The notes under the pieces: generated by a model | Databases searched by the model: none | Seen by the model: the letters and a program-made list of their open reading frames with translations, nothing else | Told to the model about the DNA's origin: nothing | Assembly: GCA_010909165.1 (NCBI GenBank) | Contig: MU008155.1 | Location: 2,170,001-2,234,000, forward strand | Length of the DNA: 64,000 bases | Direction of reading: 5' to 3' | DNA from: Anthoceros angustus | Taxonomy: Eukaryota > Plantae > Anthocerotophyta | Program-made: the position numbers and the translations under genes | Shown: positions 58,390 through 64,000 of the stretch, piece after piece | Layout: every line of letters begins with the position of its first letter | Position numbering within the stretch: position 1 is the stretch's first letter

Positions 58390-60421
58390 ATGATGAAGAC
58401 TGCTTTATGGAGGATCCGAATTCAGCCTGTTATTCGCCTTGCGAGTTTGGTTCTGCTTATCGTCTTCCTGTGGGGACGCCTTCTGCCCAGTCAGGTCCAC
58501 GGTCCACACAGTGGCAAGGACAGGATTTTTGGATTCTGGGCTGAGAGTGCATCTGGCGGGAGCTTTAGATCCAGACAGCTTTTGGGTTCAGAGGAGGGGT
58601 CCTCAGGGTCTGCTGGTGTTGGAGCTCGGGGACGGGTTGTTGAAGCACAGCAGGCTGCTGGGCCGGGTTTTGTCGAGAGTTTTGAGGGTGGTGTTCCGGC
58701 AGAGGATATAGATGGGAATAATGGCACATCGAATTTTCTGGAGGCTGTCTCTTGTCAGGATGCTCATACTCATCCGGGGTTCGATGATTCCTGTTCCTTT
58801 GTAACAGCAAATGCTAATTGTAAGTCTGGAACTGTCATAGACTACACGGCTTTCTTCTTCTGCAGGTTTGCCGGGTTTCCAGTGCTGGGATATGTGGTGT
58901 TTGCTACATGGCTGATTGCCCTCTTCTATATGCTGGGGAACACAGCTGCGGACTACTTTTGCTGCTCTGTGGAAAGGCTGGCCAAGGCTCTGCGGTTGCC
59001 ACCTACATTGGCAGGTGTCACCCTTGTGCCTTTTGGCAATGGTGCCCCGGACGTGTTTGCGAGTATTGCTGCTTTCATGGGAGCAGGGGCAGGAGAGGTG
59101 GGACTCAACAGTGTTCTTGGGGGAGCATTCTTTGTCAGCTCTGTTGTGGCAGGGTCTGTCAGTCTTGCAGTTGCAACCTCGGATTGTGATTCACACCTGC
59201 ACCGTCGGAGCTTTGTACGAGATATTCTTTTCTTTTTGTTCACGGTGGCTGCCTTGGCATGCATTCTGGTGGTAGGCAGGATTTCTCTGTTGGGAGCAAT
59301 AGCATACCTGTGCATCTATCTGCTCTACGGATTTGCCGTGGCCTTTGTTGAGTGGAGGAAGAAAGTGTCAAAGAAGAAATTCATCAACTCACAGGCTTTG
59401 GAGCCGGCGTTGCAGCCCCTTCTGACAGGTAATTCACACCCGTTAAGATGACTCTTGCCTTCTGCTACCACGGTTTGGTCAACAGAGCTGATAGTATCTC
59501 GCTTGTTTTGCAGCCCAGACATCTCTTCCACAATGGAGATGGGCTCCTCACATAGCCCTGTTTGCACACTTGGGTCATCTTCCACACCCCCCTCGGCCAC
59601 TCTGGGGGTGGAGTGAAGGCAGCGACGAAATCGTGTGGTACACACCTCGTGGACTTTGCTGGTACCTGATAGAGAGGCCTCTAGCTCTGCCCCGCCGCCT
59701 GACCATCCCCGTTGTGGAGCCTGACAGATGGTCTCGCCCCTTTGCAGTCGCCAGTGCTACCCTGGCTCCATTGCTGTTTGCACTGGTTTGGGACAGCAAG
59801 GACAATGAGCCTTTCATGAGCAGCTGGGAAGTATATGTGGGTGGATCGGTTGTAGGAGCATGTCTGGGGTTAACGGCCTTTTTCACAACTGTTGCAGAGC
59901 ACCCTCCTCGAAGTTTTGTGTTCCCATGGGTCTTCGGTGGTTTTCTGATGAGCATCATGTGGTTCTACGTGATTGCAAATGAGCTGGTAGCCACGTTGGT
60001 TGCCTTAGGTGTCATCTTGCAGATTGATGCAACCATTCTCGGCCTGACAGTTCTAGCATGGGGCAACTCGGTGGGAGACCTTATGTCAAACCTTGCGTTG
60101 GCTGTCTCTGGAACAGATGGAGTACAGATTGCCATAGCTGGATGCTATGCAGGTCCCATGTTCAATACACTGATAGGAATTGGCCTTTCTTTTGCTCTTG
60201 CCAGCTGGAAAACATACCCAGCCTCCTTCACCGTGCCCTCCGATCCCTCTCTGTTCTACACCTTGGGATTCCTGGTTGCAGGGCTGCTGTGGTCCTTGCT
60301 GCTTCTGCCCCAACGAGGAATGCATCCTAGCAAAACCTTGGGTTGTGGGCTGCTGTTTATTTATGGTTCTTTCCTCTCCCTAAGGTTGGCCGTTATTTTC
60401 CGTCTGGTTGAGATCTGGTGA
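58390..60421 (+). CDS. CCX: Cation/calcium exchanger (CCX, NCKX-like), 2 exons (intron 59429-59513)
   Basis: Alpha-1 repeat AGVTLVPFGNGAPDVF and alpha-2 repeat LTVLAWGNSVGDL..GPMFNTL. Splicing 59429-59513 joins both ORFs in frame through SLPQWRWAPHIA. Confidence 0.93.
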
Positions 60422-61541
60422 GGCCTCATGCCGCCTCGCCCGTGTCATATTCCTGTAATCTAAAACGGTGCCACACAATTCGTGTGTGACAAGATATTCC
60501 CGTTCAGGTCGAGTCTCGTACTTGAAGGTGGAAGAGGCTATTCATTACAAAAGAAAAACAGCGAAGATTCGCACAAGCAAAACGTCCGAGCATGTCATCT
60601 TCTGTCAATTTTTTTTTCTCATGCTAAAAAAAGCATTTAAGGATTTCCAGTTGTGTATTGTTCAGCGCAGCTGAGATAAGCTGCTTCTAACTTTGCGAGC
60701 AGTTCATTTCGGGAAACAGAAATGTATGGTGGTGAAGCGTGTAGCGCGCTTGCCTCTTTCTTCAATTGCAAAGTACCTCTTCAACCTTGCTTGATTATGG
60801 AAGTACTACTCATCCCCATGTCCAATGAGGTTTGCCTAAAAGCCATGTCCACACCTAGGTGGTGCACTTTGAAACTCTTTGCCACACTTGCATGCACCGG
60901 ACTATCTTTGAAACGAGCGAGTGCGGGCACATACACATGGCTATTCCACATGACACACTTGTCTCGGGTCTGCAGAACCTATGGCATACCAAAGAGGATA
61001 GAGAGGACGAGGCACATGTTTTTTCACACCAAACTTTTGTCCAAACCACACGTTTGCCTACATACTGTATTGTGTCCGCTTTGGTAGCAGACAGAACCGA
61101 GGGTGCCCAAAGTGGATGAACCAAAGCGGCCACTTTGAAGCATACACACAAACCAAACCCAACCTCTCGTTTTAGGCACCGAACTTCCTTCCGCGCGGTC
61201 AGTTTAAGTTTTCTCTTTGCATACCGAAGTTGTAGCGTAAGTGAGCGGACTGAGTTTTGGAGAAACTCGGCCCTCCAGCACCCTTCACTTCAGCCCTTGA
61301 CCCTTCAAGTAGTGTTAGAGCATGGAGGGGGCGCCCGACATGGGTGACTCCCCGACCAAGCATGGTGTAGAGTTTGGATTGAGTGACAGAGGCGAGTGGA
61401 CTCAATGGCATGAACTAGACTGACTATGGATGCATTGAGGACTTGACTGAGTGAAAGTATGCTTGTGACGGAGTTGCCGAACGAAGGGAGTGGAGGTCGG
61501 TTAACCCCATTCTAGTAGTGGACGAAGGTCACGACGTCGTT

Positions 61542-64000
61542 TCGAGAACGGTCCATCGGGGTGTGGAAGACGCACATTGAGAGAGTAGGTCATGGAATCG
61601 ACTAGTATCATCCGTTCCATAGTACTGGCGTGACCATCGGGTCGTCTGCCATAGTAGGAAGGGTTATTTTAGGCCGGGACTAGGTTAAAGGGGAAATAGG
61701 ACGTATTAGTTTTACAAAGCAACTTGGATGACACGAGGTCGGTCTCGTGGGGCCACGAGGCTGGCGGGGCGGGAGGCTAGGGCGGCATATGTGCGGCACG
61801 GGCACCAAAAACCGCTTCTCCAAGCGGGCGTGGGTGCGGCAGGGTTGAACGAGAGCGGGGAGGCAGTTGTGGGTCCGACCTCCTCAAGCGCACACAGTCG
61901 CGACGGGAGGCTGGGGCAAGGCGACTAGTCGGGGCTGCGGGTTGGGGCCAGGCGGGGCTCGGCGGCGGGGCAGTTGGGGAGGGTTGGGCGGGGCATGGGA
62001 TGGGGCAGCCACTTGGGGCGAGCTCGAGCTTTATAGAAAAGGAAGAAACAAGATCGTGCTCGTAACAAGAAGACATCGGTAAGGAGAGCAGAAAAGGCTT
62101 TGAGCATGCAGGGTAGGCCGGCCCGGACCGGGATGCCGAGGACCCCGCAGCCACAGTTTCAAAGAGCTTCAACTTTTCTCTCCACTTTTGCAACTCATCC
62201 TCCGAGGCAACCTCCAATAAAGGGACCTACATTGGTGAATTGCTTCACATTCTCCTCGCCAAGTCTCCACTTGGCCGTTGGTGCCTCTTTTGCCCGAGCA
62301 CAACAAGCGATTGAATATTCGGTGGAAGCCTTTGCATTGAAGCAATACTCAAAACACGAAAAGCAGATGGCAATTATCCAGGTGACACAACAAAGGATTC
62401 CTTACCTTGATAACATCCTCAGATTGGTACATGAACAACAATTCCATAGCCAACTTCTCTGCAAAAGTCCCCGAATTCAGGCAGTCAGTAGAAAGTACGG
62501 CCGCCATATAATTACATTGAACAAAAGAGAATCTTCTTTCCAGAGAGACTCTGAAAACATAGTGTCAGAGTCTCTGAAAACATAGTGTCAGAGTCTCTGA
62601 AAACAGAGTGGTTTTTTGTTTTCACGTTGACACTTTTGAAAGCACTTTTGAAAGAGAGACACGTTTGAAAGAAATGAGAAAGTCTGACCGCTTTGGTGCA
62701 TGGCCGCTCTTGGCGAGGGGTTGTGTGGTGAGGTAGCACGTCCGTACTAGATTCGCTAGTATATTTGTATAGATGCCTACGTATTCTGGCGTATTGTACA
62801 AGTTTGGTGCGAAAAAATATGCCCCGTCCCCTCTGTTCGCTTTGGCTTGCCATAGAAACCTCGTAGACGAGGTTATGAAGGACGATCCTATACCTTTCAC
62901 CAATATTCTGTTCTATATGTAAGTGATCGGATACAAAAAGATGGGATTTAAACTGTACCAAGGCTGCATAGGTTACAGCAACGCGTTACGGAAGGGTAAC
63001 TGGTGCAAAAAGGTAGCAAGGAGATCCGAAGCGCACCACCAAGTTATGGATATGGTTTTTAGGCAAACCCTCATTAGGGCACGATTCGAGTTTGAAATCC
63101 GTAATAACCCTCATTTGGCATCCTTCATTCCCATGCTTCACAAACAAAAATGTCCAACGTCCAACAAGGTATGGCCCCTATGGTCATGACTCATGCCACA
63201 AAGGCAGCCCGGGATGGTAGGCCCAACCACCTGGGGAGCAACGCGCATTTACTCTATAGGGAGGAGTAGCCCATGCGCCTCGAATCAAGACTTTGGGGTC
63301 TCAAGAAAATAGAGTACCTGGGCCACATCCTAGCACCTTAACTGTGGACCGGCATGTTAGATGTGTTGTTCTAGCATTGGTAACACATTTCTAAACAATT
63401 CATAGCCGCTTCTTTTCGCTTTCTTCCGTCTTCGATGTGTTTATTAGGTGGCGTAAACCCCAGCTCTCATCAATGCATTAATGATCATTCATCACAACAT
63501 TGAACTTGAATTTCAAGTCCACTGTCCCTCCTATTGAACTCTCCCTCCCAAAGCTCAAGGAAACCTCCAATGTTGGGCTCATTTTCACTCTTTAGAATGT
63601 GTCTCACTTGTGGGTGTGTATGCCATGATCTAAGATGTTGTACTTCTACTTGTTTCCTTGCAAATCCGAGATTAGTCTCATTCCATGCTTGGCTAGCTCC
63701 CAAATCGAGAACGGTCCATCGGGGTGTGGAAGACGCACATTGAGAGAGTAGGTCATGGAATCGACTAGTATCATCCGTTCCATAGTCTGGCGTGACCATC
63801 GGGTCGCCCGCCATAGTAGGAAGGGTTATTTTAGGCGGGACTAGGTTAAAGGGAAATAGGACGATTAGTTTTACAAAGCAACTTGGATGACACGAGGTCG
63901 GTCTCTGGGGCCAATGAGTGGGTGGGGCGGGAGGCTAGGGCGGCATATGTGCGGCACGGGCACCAAAACCGCTTCTCAAGCGGGCGTGGGTGCTGGCGAG
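61542..64000. repeat. Direct repeat with ~2163-bp period (61542 onward and 63705 to window end)
   Basis: tcgagaacggtccatcggggtgtggaagacgcacattgag... repeated for ~300 bp to the window edge; the second copy has many single-base deletions. Confidence 0.9.

Overview
Gene-dense nuclear DNA from a land plant. Short GT-AG introns, GC-rich exons and many PLS-class PPR sequences suggest a compact-genome seed-free lineage such as a hornwort or lycophyte; this is inference only. Recognisable host genes in order: DUF674 protein, ferric reductase FRO (with an internal 1.16-kb duplication) plus a deleted FRO paralog, an F-box gene (with an internal 0.6-kb duplication), OEP16, lycopene epsilon-cyclase, a ~965-aa PLS-E PPR protein, a secreted single-domain Gnk2/DUF26 protein, thiamine pyrophosphokinase, RPA3 and a CCX cation/Ca exchanger. 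The middle (~27.4-45.8 kb) is an accessory block. It holds an intronless UBC23/24/25-type E2 pseudogene, a decayed Plavaka-type DNA transposase, and a tandemly amplified mosaic of host fragments (5' end of the neighbouring LCYE gene, CYP704B-like exons with their intron, PPR pieces) bracketed by two diverged transposase 3' ends. At 46.9-55.2 kb an old inverted duplication carries two damaged peroxisomal 2,4-dienoyl-CoA reductase copies and an orphan ORF whose N-terminus resembles the TDP-43 N-terminal domain, followed by hydrophobic Cys/Phe-rich helices. Many single-base homopolymer indels between near-identical copies point to imperfectly polished long-read sequence, so some frameshifts and duplications may be artefacts. 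No rRNA, tRNA or CRISPR array was recognised. All family calls come from motif recognition by eye; no database search was run.
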